DNA of 5,327 nt from a virus. This document shows positions 1 to 5,293 of this stretch, in pieces; positions within the stretch are counted from its first letter, which is position 1, and each line of letters begins with the position of its first letter. The DNA lies in IMG/VR virus record IMGVR_UViG_3300045988_031517, positions 1-5,327 of that record; one strand, 5' to 3'. The notes beneath the pieces are model-generated. The model saw only the letters and a program-made list of their open reading frames with translations, had not been told where the DNA came from and did no database searches. A program made the position numbers and the translations under genes.

Positions 1-141
1 AACTTGTTGTTAATATCTCAGTAAAATTGCTTTTCTCTCCAAACGTTATATGTCACATTTAGGGTAGGCTTTGTGTCTGCCCTAATTTTAGATTAGGAGG
101 TTGTCTTGTGAATAATGATCAGCTTATGAATCAATTAACCA
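1..141. repeat. Terminal redundancy: 1-141 is identical to 5187-5327. This is the circular-genome overlap (assembly or over-extension artefact), giving a true unit length of 5186 nt.
   Basis: Direct comparison of the first 141 nt with the last 141 nt of the window, which are identical. The VP2 start codon and RBS appear in both copies (108 and 5294). Confidence 0.95.
60..90 (+). terminator. Weak hairpin (TAGGG...CCCTA, 5-bp stem) followed by ATTTTA, downstream of the VP1 stop. Possible leaky terminator after the capsid gene.
   Basis: taggg (60-64) is complementary to cccta (80-84) and is followed by a-tttt-a (85-90). The stem is short and the loop is 15 nt, so the call is weak. Confidence 0.2.
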
Positions 142-782
142 GTATTTCCGCTCAGAATACCGCGAAATCGCAAGAGTTTGCTCGCGAAGAGATGCGTTTC
201 AACGCCGCCGAGGCTCAGAAGAATCGAGATTGGCAGGCTCAGCAGTCCGGATCCGCTCATCAGCGTGAGGTGTTGGATCTTCAGAAAGCCGGACTCAATC
301 CTGTTTTGAGTGCTGGCGGCTCCGGCGCGCAGACTGGATCCGGGTCTAGCGCCTCTGGTGCAAAAGGTGATGTTGATACAAGCGTCGTTCCGGCGCTGAC
401 GTCTATCATCGTTAATCAGCAAAATAACGCTAACGCTCAGGCGATTGCTCAGATGCAGAGAGATGCTACACTGGAAGCCGCCCGGATTCAGCAGTCTACT
501 GCTTTACAGGCGGCTAACATTCAGGCCGCTGCTACTCGCTTCGCCAGCCTTAACAGCGCACAAGCGTCTCGTTACGCTTCTGATATGGGCTATGCAAGTG
601 CTAAATATTCTTCCAACAATAGTCTTACTGGTACAAAATACAGTAGTGATAAGAGTTCTTCTGCTTCTCGGTATGGCACTAAGGTCAACGCCGCCGTCCA
701 GAAACGCGGCCAGAATCTTAATCTTCTCGGCTCTCTCGTTGGCTCTGCGTCTAGCTTCTTAGGTAAGCTGTTCGGCCGCTGA
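108..782 (+). CDS. VP2: Minor capsid / DNA pilot protein VP2 (gokushovirus-type). GTG start 7-8 nt after an AGGAGG RBS.
   Basis: A 224-aa ORF rich in A/Q/S/N low-complexity sequence. It carries the conserved pilot-protein block '...EMRFNAAEAQKNRDWQ...SAHQREV.DLQKAGLNP.L' and a hydrophobic C-terminus (LLGSLVGSASSFLGKLFGR). AGGAGG lies at 95-100. Position after VP1 matches the VP4-VP5-VP3-VP1-VP2 gokushovirus synteny. Confidence 0.8.
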   Translation: MNNDQLMNQLTSISAQNTAKSQEFAREEMRFNAAEAQKNRDWQAQQSGSAHQREVLDLQKAGLNPVLSAGGSGAQTGSGSSASGAKGDVDTSVVPALTSIIVNQQNNANAQAIAQMQRDATLEAARIQQSTALQAANIQAAATRFASLNSAQASRYASDMGYASAKYSSNNSLTGTKYSSDKSSSASRYGTKVNAAVQKRGQNLNLLGSLVGSASSFLGKLFGR

Positions 783-910
783 TACCCGCTTTTTCCTTGG
801 GTGCCTGTCTCTCTGTCTAGTGGTTGCGGCCGCGTAGCGGACGGAATGCGCGGAGCGGCGGGAACCCATGGGGCGGCGGGCCGTCCGCGCAAACGGATGG
901 AGCCGATCAA
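783..910. other. GC-rich structured island between VP2 and the promoter region. It has nested inverted repeats (GCGGACGG 837-844 / CCGTCCGC 881-888), palindromes GCGGCCGC (826-833) and CCCATGGG (865-872), and direct repeats of GGCGGCGGG (854-862, 872-880).
   Basis: By eye the composition is roughly two-thirds G+C, against a moderately AT-rich genome. No plausible ORF is present: the only ORF through it is antisense and has no RBS. It is followed directly by an A8 run and an AT-rich promoter block. Confidence 0.6.
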
Positions 911-931
911 AAAAAATATTGTCGATGAGTA

Positions 932-960
932 TTGACAAAACTAATTGAATCAATTATAAT
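932..960 (+). promoter_or_regulatory. Consensus sigma70-type promoter: TTGACA (932-937), 17-nt spacer, TATAAT (955-960). Predicted TSS is around 967.
   Basis: Exact match to both consensus hexamers with the optimal 17-bp spacing, in an AT-rich block, 45 nt upstream of the 1005 ATG. Confidence 0.7.
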
Positions 961-982
961 AAATAATGTAATCAATCATAAT
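945..982 (+). promoter_or_regulatory. Two operator-like 16-bp direct repeats, TTGAATCAATTATAAT (945-960) and TGTAATCAATCATAAT (967-982), matching at 13 of 16 positions and spaced 22 bp start to start. The first overlaps the -10 element and the second overlaps the TSS.
   Basis: Alignment by eye. The 22-bp phasing is about two helical turns. Each repeat contains an imperfect palindrome ATTGAaTCAAT. This is a typical arrangement for autoregulatory HTH-repressor operators. Confidence 0.4.
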
Positions 983-1004
983 TAATAGAAAGGAATGATA
1001 AAAA

Positions 1005-1250
1005 ATGACATCCCACAATATTAGAAAATTATTAGGATTCTCGCAGAAAGATCTTGCTGATTGCTTCGGCATTCCCATTGCTACCGTCCGTAATTGGGAT
1101 TCGAAGGATTGCATGCCGGCTTATATCGTTGAAATGTTGTCTTATATTTTTACCTGCGAGAAATACAAGACTCCTCCGTGTGTGCGTTTTCTTCTCGAAA
1201 GAAAGCGTGAGGAATTGGAGGCAGAATTGGAGCCAGAATGTACCGATTAG
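1005..1250 (+). CDS. Small (81-aa) helix-turn-helix DNA-binding protein of the XRE/Cro-like family. Putative transcriptional regulator.
   Basis: ATG preceded by AAAGGA (990-995). The HTH signature 'FSQKDLADCFGIPIATVRNWDSKD' fits the XRE/Cro helix2-turn-helix3 pattern (Q.eLA..hG.s..TV.rWe.g). A perfect sigma70 promoter sits immediately upstream. The C-terminus is acidic (EELEAELEPE). Confidence 0.6.
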   Translation: MTSHNIRKLLGFSQKDLADCFGIPIATVRNWDSKDCMPAYIVEMLSYIFTCEKYKTPPCVRFLLERKREELEAELEPECTD

Positions 1251-1255
1251 CCGAC

Positions 1256-1287
1256 CAGACCAGTTACTACTTGATGTAACTGGTCTG
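1256..1287 (+). promoter_or_regulatory. Perfect 12-bp inverted repeat, CAGACCAGTTAC-tacttgat-GTAACTGGTCTG. It is a hairpin (cruciform in dsRF) and a candidate rolling-circle origin or operator.
   Basis: Reverse complement of 1256-1267 equals 1276-1287 exactly. The 8-nt loop contains ACTTGAT, which matches the phiX174 origin nick motif (CAACTTG|ATA). It lies between the HTH gene and the Rep gene. Confidence 0.45.
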
Positions 1288-1318
1288 AGTGACACAAAAA
1301 ACACAAAACAAGCTTTTT

Positions 1319-1352
1319 TGTCCGTCGTAGACGGACATTAAGAGTTTTTTTT
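1319..1352 (+). terminator. Terminator-like hairpin TGTCCGTC-gta-GACGGACA (1319-1337), flanked by T6 upstream and T8 (1345-1352) downstream. Possible terminator for the HTH-gene transcript.
   Basis: 8-bp GC-rich stem with a 3-nt loop. The T8 run begins 7 nt after the stem, which is not the ideal immediate T-tract. Confidence 0.35.
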
Positions 1353-1354
1353 AA

Positions 1355-1376
1355 GGGGGACTTGGCAGAGTCCCCC
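1355..1376 (+). promoter_or_regulatory. Hairpin GGGGGACT-tggcag-AGTCCCCC in the Rep 5' leader, ending 8 nt before the Rep Shine-Dalgarno sequence.
   Basis: Exact 8-bp inverted repeat with a 6-nt loop. AAGGAG (1385-1390) and the ATG at 1397 follow. Confidence 0.4.
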
Positions 1377-1396
1377 AGCACCGAAAGGAGTATTAT

Positions 1397-2422
1397 ATGA
1401 CCTGTTTTCACCCTCTTCGTGGTGCGTATACTAATGGTATAACAGCGAGCGGAAAAAAACAAGTGAAAGTATTTCCCACTGCTTCGACGGGAAATAAATA
1501 TGTTTATCAGAATAGAGCTAAACCAACTGTTTTCGAGTGTAGCGATCATGCGTTCGACGTTGGCACATGGAAGAAGCTTGACACGTTCTTAATTCCCTGC
1601 GGTCAGTGTGTTGGTTGCCGCTTGGACTATTCCAGACGTTGGGCAACGCGTCTGATGCTGGAGTTAGAATGCCATACGAGCGCGTTCTTCCTCACTCTCA
1701 CGTATGACGATGATCATATCGTCCGCGGTGAGAATTTAGCTTATACTCTCGTCCCCGAGGATGTGCAGTTGTTTCTTAAGCGTCTGCGGCGTGATCAGGA
1801 GTATCGCGGTATTGATGCTAAGATCCGGTTTTTCTGTGCTGGCGAATATGGTGATAAGTTCCACCGGCCGCATTATCATTTGATCGTTTATGATTGGATC
1901 CCGCCGGAAAATGATCTGCAATTCCTCAAGATGTCATTCCACGGCGACAAGTATTATACCAGCTTGTCGCTTCGAAAGCTTTGGCCTTATGGTTATAATC
2001 TGGTAACTAATGTATGCTGGAAATCTTGCGCGTATGTTGCGCGTTATATCCTCAAGAAGCAGAATGGCCACAAAGCGGATAAATACGAAGATCTTGGTAT
2101 CGAGCCTGAATTTTCGCGTATGTCGCGAAAACCCGGTATTGGTAAGGAATATTATGATCTTCATGCTAAAGAGATGCTTGATCGTGGTTACGTGCAGATG
2201 CCTGATGGCCTTAAGGCTCCGATTCCTAGGTATTTCGACCCATTTTTTGAGATGGATTTCCCCGCGGAGTATGAGAAACTCTCCGAGGATCGCGTCTTGA
2301 CCGCGAAAATGATGCAACAAGTTAAGGAATATGCCACCGATCTGGATTACTTCGAACAGCTTTTGCTTGACGAGGACGCGAAAAAATTCCGAGCTAAGAA
2401 ACTTGTAAGACCCGATATTTAA
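1397..2422 (+). CDS. VP4: Replication initiation protein VP4. A rolling-circle HUH endonuclease of the Microviridae gene A family.
   Basis: 341 aa. RCR motif 1 is FLTLTY (nt 1688-1705). HUH motif 2 is HYHLIVY (nt 1871-1891). Motif 3 has two tyrosines, YVARYILKK (nt 2033-2059), the YxxxY arrangement of phiX174 gene A-type Reps. A CGQCVGC Cys cluster lies near the N-terminus. The N-terminus 'MTCFHPL' is typical of gokushovirus VP4. The RBS is AAGGAG at 1385-1390. Confidence 0.92.
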   Translation: MTCFHPLRGAYTNGITASGKKQVKVFPTASTGNKYVYQNRAKPTVFECSDHAFDVGTWKKLDTFLIPCGQCVGCRLDYSRRWATRLMLELECHTSAFFLTLTYDDDHIVRGENLAYTLVPEDVQLFLKRLRRDQEYRGIDAKIRFFCAGEYGDKFHRPHYHLIVYDWIPPENDLQFLKMSFHGDKYYTSLSLRKLWPYGYNLVTNVCWKSCAYVARYILKKQNGHKADKYEDLGIEPEFSRMSRKPGIGKEYYDLHAKEMLDRGYVQMPDGLKAPIPRYFDPFFEMDFPAEYEKLSEDRVLTAKMMQQVKEYATDLDYFEQLLLDEDAKKFRAKKLVRPDI

Positions 2423-2435
2423 TCGGGTCTTTTTT
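2407..2435 (+). terminator. Rho-independent terminator overlapping the Rep stop codon: stem AAGACCCGAT / ATCGGGTCTT, loop ATTTA, then T6.
   Basis: 2408-2416 agacccgat is complementary to 2422-2430 atcgggtct, extendable by 2407/2431. A TTTTTT tract immediately follows. The TAA stop lies at 2420-2422 inside the loop and stem. Confidence 0.65.
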
Positions 2436-2437
2436 AG

Positions 2438-2464
2438 TTGACAATACCCCCCCCGGTATACAAT
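2438..2464 (+). promoter_or_regulatory. Candidate promoter for the VP5-ORF-VP3-VP1 block: TTGACA (2438-2443), a spacer containing a C8 homopolymer (2447-2454), then TACAAT (2459-2464).
   Basis: The -35 hexamer is perfect and the -10 (TACAAT) is good, but the spacer is only 15 nt at the current C8 length. It sits directly after the Rep terminator and 25 nt before the VP5 RBS AAGGAGG (2475-2481). Confidence 0.35.
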
Positions 2465-2488
2465 GGAAGAAAAAAGGAGGTATTAACC

Positions 2489-2602
2489 ATGGCAAAAAAA
2501 ATGAAACGTGGTCGTGATCGTTCTGTGTTTCGCAAAACCGCCGATCGCACCAAAAAACTTAACGTGAGACCATTATTATTCCGAGGAGGTATCAGACTGT
2601 GA
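2489..2602 (+). CDS. VP5: Small (37-aa) arginine/lysine-rich DNA-binding protein, the J-like/VP5-type ssDNA packaging protein of gokushoviruses.
   Basis: MAKKMKRGRDRSVFRKTADRTKKLNVRPLLFRGGIRL. It is highly basic and has the C-terminal 'RP..FRGG.RL' tail characteristic of gokushovirus small DNA-binding proteins. A strong RBS AAGGAGG sits 7 nt upstream. The six-frame ORF track missed it because of its size. Confidence 0.7.
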   Translation: MAKKMKRGRDRSVFRKTADRTKKLNVRPLLFRGGIRL

Positions 2603-2886
2603 AAGGATTACATAATCTTATCTATGCTTTGCATGATGATGTTGCCGGCAATGTGCTTCAGTATTACATCTGCCCTGATCCTGTATGGGCTGAACGTACT
2701 TTCCGGACGCTTGTCGGCCAGATTACATGTGGCACTCCGTCGGAATTCTCGTTCCGTCTGGTAGGTATGCTTGACGATCTGACTTACATTAACGCGGATG
2801 ATGTTCTTAATTCCGCGAAAGCTGACGGTATTGATTGTAAGGAGGTTATGCATGGAAGCGACTATGCACTGGAAAACAATGTATGA
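2599..2886 (+). CDS. Hypothetical 95-aa protein of unknown function (mildly acidic). Its GTG start overlaps the VP5 stop (GTGA), so it is translationally coupled.
   Basis: GAGGAGG (2583-2589) lies 9 nt upstream of the GTG at 2599. It fills what would otherwise be a 250-nt non-coding gap in a compact genome. Its 3' end overlaps the VP3 start by about 35 nt. I recognise no motif in it. Confidence 0.45.
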   Translation: MKGLHNLIYALHDDVAGNVLQYYICPDPVWAERTFRTLVGQITCGTPSEFSFRLVGMLDDLTYINADDVLNSAKADGIDCKEVMHGSDYALENNV

Positions 2887-3370
2887 TACCTTTTTCGATC
2901 CGGTGGAAGTGAGCACTTCCGCCGGAGATGAGACTCGCGCCGAGTATGTTCTGTCCGTCGGTAAGGACGGACGGAAATGTCTGTCTAAAGTGAGAGACGT
3001 AGACATCAGCGCGGAAATTAACAGCTACGCGCCTGGGTGTGATATGGCTGTGATTTTGAACAAGTTGCAGGCTGGTCTGATCCCAACTGATTACGATGAG
3101 TCTAATTGTGTTGATCTTACCGTTCTTCCAAAAGATGTGGTTGAAGCCATGCAGAAAACACGCGAGTTCCGCGATCAGTTCTCGGATTTTCCGGAAGAGG
3201 TGCAGAAGCTTTTCCAGTATGACGCTAACCTGTTTATGCAGTCGTTCATTGACGGTTCGTTGAATGATGCACTGGCTACCCTTCAGGCTCCGAAGCCTGA
3301 TCCGAAGCCTGATCCGAAGCCTGATCCGAAGCCTGATCCGAAGCCTGATCCGGAACCTAAGAAGGAGTGA
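2852..3370 (+). CDS. VP3: Internal scaffolding-like protein VP3 (172 aa from the ATG at 2852) with a C-terminal (KPDP)n low-complexity tail.
   Basis: AAGGAGG (2839-2845) lies 6 nt before the ATG at 2852. The ORF track's longer version starts at 2798 but lacks an RBS. Size and position (between VP5 and VP1) fit gokushovirus VP3. Acidic stretches, FRDQFSDFPEE, are typical of scaffold proteins. The assignment rests mainly on synteny. Confidence 0.6.
   Translation: MEATMHWKTMYDTFFDPVEVSTSAGDETRAEYVLSVGKDGRKCLSKVRDVDISAEINSYAPGCDMAVILNKLQAGLIPTDYDESNCVDLTVLPKDVVEAMQKTREFRDQFSDFPEEVQKLFQYDANLFMQSFIDGSLNDALATLQAPKPDPKPDPKPDPKPDPKPDPEPKKE
3290..3361 (+). repeat. Tandem 12-nt repeat CCGAAGCCTGAT in 5 perfect copies (3290-3349) plus a degenerate sixth, CCGGAACCTAAG. 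It encodes PKPD x5 (...KPDPKPDPKPDPKPDPKPDPEPKKE) at the VP3 C-terminus.
   Basis: Read directly from the sequence. The repeat is in frame with VP3. Confidence 0.95.
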
Positions 3371-3471
3371 TGTGTTTGGATCTTTTATGGGTTATGATTC
3401 TATTAATTATTTTCGATATCGGTCTCAATGTGGCCGTGTTGACTATGCTTGCCGGAAAGGAGTAATTATTG

Positions 3472-5178
3472 ATGGCATTTTCGAAGAATCTTATTGATTC
3501 GAATAGCTTTTTCAGCTCTTACAAGAGCGACTTGGAACGTCCCCGATCTCGTTTCGATCGAAGCAGCTCCGTTAAGACATCATTCAATGTTGGTGATCTC
3601 GTCCCGTTCTATCTTGACGAGGTTCTCCCTGGTGATACGTTCGATGTCGAGACAAGTTTTGTGACACGTCTTCAGACGCTGATCACGCCACCGATGGATG
3701 ACCTGTTTTTGGATATGTATTACTTTTTCGTTCCTTCTCGTCTCTGCTGGTCTCACTGGAAGGAGTTCATGGGCGAGTCCACTACTAGCTGGACGGCTGA
3801 TGTGACTTACCAGGTTCCGCAGTTGGTTGTAGCAGATAATGCGGCTAATAAAAAAGGTATCCAGGGATCTATTTTGGATTATCTTGGTGTTCCGATTGAC
3901 TGGTTTGGTTCGATGTCTATTTCCCGCCTTCCCATTAATGCCTATAATCTGATCTGGAACGAGTGGTTCCGTGATGAGAATTTGCAGGATGAGATTCTTG
4001 TGGATATTGATGATGGCAATGTGAATTTTGATGTCAACAATTCCGCGAAAGGTGGAAAACTGCTCAAGGTTAATAAGTTGCATGATTATTTTTCTTCTTG
4101 CCTTCCGTCTCCGCAGAAAGGCGATGATGTGACGATCTCGTCTATTTTTGGCGATCTTCCCGTCGTGACGCGGCAGAAAAACGTTGTGAGCGGTGCTCAC
4201 CCGCCTATGTCGTTTCTGCGTGATAATGGTAGTACATTTCCGGAAGCTCGTTGGCTGGCTATTAGCAGTCCGGCTACTATCCTTCCCAATCGTCCGGAAC
4301 CATTTCATAATCTTGTTGCCGGAAAGGATACGCAGGCTAGTAATGGTATTTCTGGTACCAACATTGGCTTGTTTCCGACTAACCTTGTTGCGGATCCGTC
4401 CTCCGCGGATCCTCTGACGGTTAATAGTTTGCGTTTGGCTTTCGCAACTCAGCAGATGCTCGAGACTGACGCTCGTTCCGGTTCTCGTTATGTCGAGCTT
4501 CTTCGCGGTCATTTCGGCGTGATTTCCCCCGACGGTCGCTTACAGCGTCCGGAGCTTCTGAGTGCTAACCGTACTCGGATCAACGTCCATCAGATTGTTC
4601 AGCAGTCCGAGACGGCATCAACTCCGCTTGGTACTACTGCGGCCATGTCTCTTACAAATAATACAGACAATAGTTTCGTTAAGTCCTTCACGGAGCACGG
4701 TTTCGTTATCGGTGTCATGTGCGCTCGCTATAATCACACCTATCAGCAGGGTATCAACCGTCTTTGGTCTCGTAAGGATCGACTGGACTATTATTTCCCG
4801 ATTCTCGCAAATATCGGAGAACAGCCAGTTTATACGAAGGAGTTGTACGCTAAAAGTCTAAACGAGGTTGGTAATCCAGATGGTGGAGTATTCGGTTATC
4901 AGGAAGCTTGGGCTGATTATCGCTACAAGCCGTCTCAGGTCACTGGTGAGATGCGTTCTGGTATCACCAACTCTTTGCAGTCCTGGCATTTCGCCGACTA
5001 TTACCAGAATAAGCCTACACTGAGTTCCGGTTGGATCCAAGAGGATCTGTCCAACGTTGATCGTACACTTGCGGTCACGTCTAAGCTCGCGAATCAGATT
5101 TTTGGAGATTTCTATGTTAAGAATCTGACCACTCGTGTAATGCCGGTTCACAGTATCCCGGGCTTAAGAAAACTGTAA
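3472..5178 (+). CDS. VP1: Major capsid protein VP1 (F-like) of Gokushovirinae. The ATG at 3472 lies 9 nt after AAGGAG. The ORF track's first codon is an in-frame TTG at 3469.
   Basis: 568 aa. The N-terminal block 'RSRFDRSSSVKTSFNVGDLVPFYLDEVLPGDTF' matches the conserved gokushovirus VP1 N-terminus (SFDRS...KTTF..G.L.P...DEVLPGDTF). Its size and large central insertion are typical of gokushovirus capsid proteins. Confidence 0.92.
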   Translation: MAFSKNLIDSNSFFSSYKSDLERPRSRFDRSSSVKTSFNVGDLVPFYLDEVLPGDTFDVETSFVTRLQTLITPPMDDLFLDMYYFFVPSRLCWSHWKEFMGESTTSWTADVTYQVPQLVVADNAANKKGIQGSILDYLGVPIDWFGSMSISRLPINAYNLIWNEWFRDENLQDEILVDIDDGNVNFDVNNSAKGGKLLKVNKLHDYFSSCLPSPQKGDDVTISSIFGDLPVVTRQKNVVSGAHPPMSFLRDNGSTFPEARWLAISSPATILPNRPEPFHNLVAGKDTQASNGISGTNIGLFPTNLVADPSSADPLTVNSLRLAFATQQMLETDARSGSRYVELLRGHFGVISPDGRLQRPELLSANRTRINVHQIVQQSETASTPLGTTAAMSLTNNTDNSFVKSFTEHGFVIGVMCARYNHTYQQGINRLWSRKDRLDYYFPILANIGEQPVYTKELYAKSLNEVGNPDGGVFGYQEAWADYRYKPSQVTGEMRSGITNSLQSWHFADYYQNKPTLSSGWIQEDLSNVDRTLAVTSKLANQIFGDFYVKNLTTRVMPVHSIPGLRKL

Positions 5179-5293
5179 TATATTGTAACTTGTTGTTAAT
5201 ATCTCAGTAAAATTGCTTTTCTCTCCAAACGTTATATGTCACATTTAGGGTAGGCTTTGTGTCTGCCCTAATTTTAGATTAGGAGGTTGTCTT

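Noticed and set aside
1-107. sigma70 promoter in the VP1-VP2 intergenic region (TTGTAA / TTGTTG ... TAATAT / TAAAAT)
   Set aside because: No hexamer pair has a spacing in the 16-18 nt range, so the candidates are too weak to call.
445-762. + strand overlapping ORFs 445-762, 1054-1341, 2010-2300, 4193-4417 and 4562-4861
   Set aside because: They are out-of-frame overlaps inside well-supported genes (VP2, the HTH gene, VP4, VP1). None has a Shine-Dalgarno sequence or a recognisable domain.
135-953. Minus-strand ORFs 135-422, 590-910 and 759-953
   Set aside because: They are antisense to VP2 or to the GC-rich island, where stop codons are scarce. They lack an RBS and any recognisable motif. 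The same reasoning applies to minus-strand ORFs 1032-1304, 1247-1549, 1736-1921, 1934-2320, 2608-3006 and 4858-5151.
911-1004. XerCD/dif-like attachment site in the AT-rich block (ATAATGTA... resembles part of E. coli dif)
   Set aside because: Only an 8-nt partial match. The XerD arm (TTATGTTAAAT) is not present here or elsewhere in the non-coding regions that I could see. This would need a proper motif search.
2798-2851. Longer VP3 start at ATG 2798 (190 aa), as given in the ORF track
   Set aside because: There is no ribosome-binding site upstream of 2798. The in-frame ATG at 2852 sits 6 nt after a perfect AAGGAGG, so the shorter start is preferred.
3290-3361. Possible CRISPR array
   Set aside because: The 12-nt units are directly contiguous with no spacers, and they lie in frame inside a coding sequence. 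It is a simple tandem repeat.
3439-3468. TTGACT (3439-3444) as a -35 element for VP1
   Set aside because: A 17-18 nt spacer would put the -10 and the TSS on top of, or past, the VP1 RBS and start codon. That is not a functional arrangement for VP1 expression.
3264-3497. + strand ORF 'MMHWLPFRLRSLIRSLIRSLIR...' (77 aa)
   Set aside because: It is an alternate reading frame kept open only by the 12-nt tandem repeat inside VP3. It has no RBS and runs into the VP1 start.
3580-4512. 310-aa ORF on the minus strand, antisense to VP1
   Set aside because: It lies entirely inside the strongly supported capsid gene. Microviridae genes are unidirectional. It has no RBS and its composition is arginine-rich with no motif, the typical appearance of an antisense ORF.
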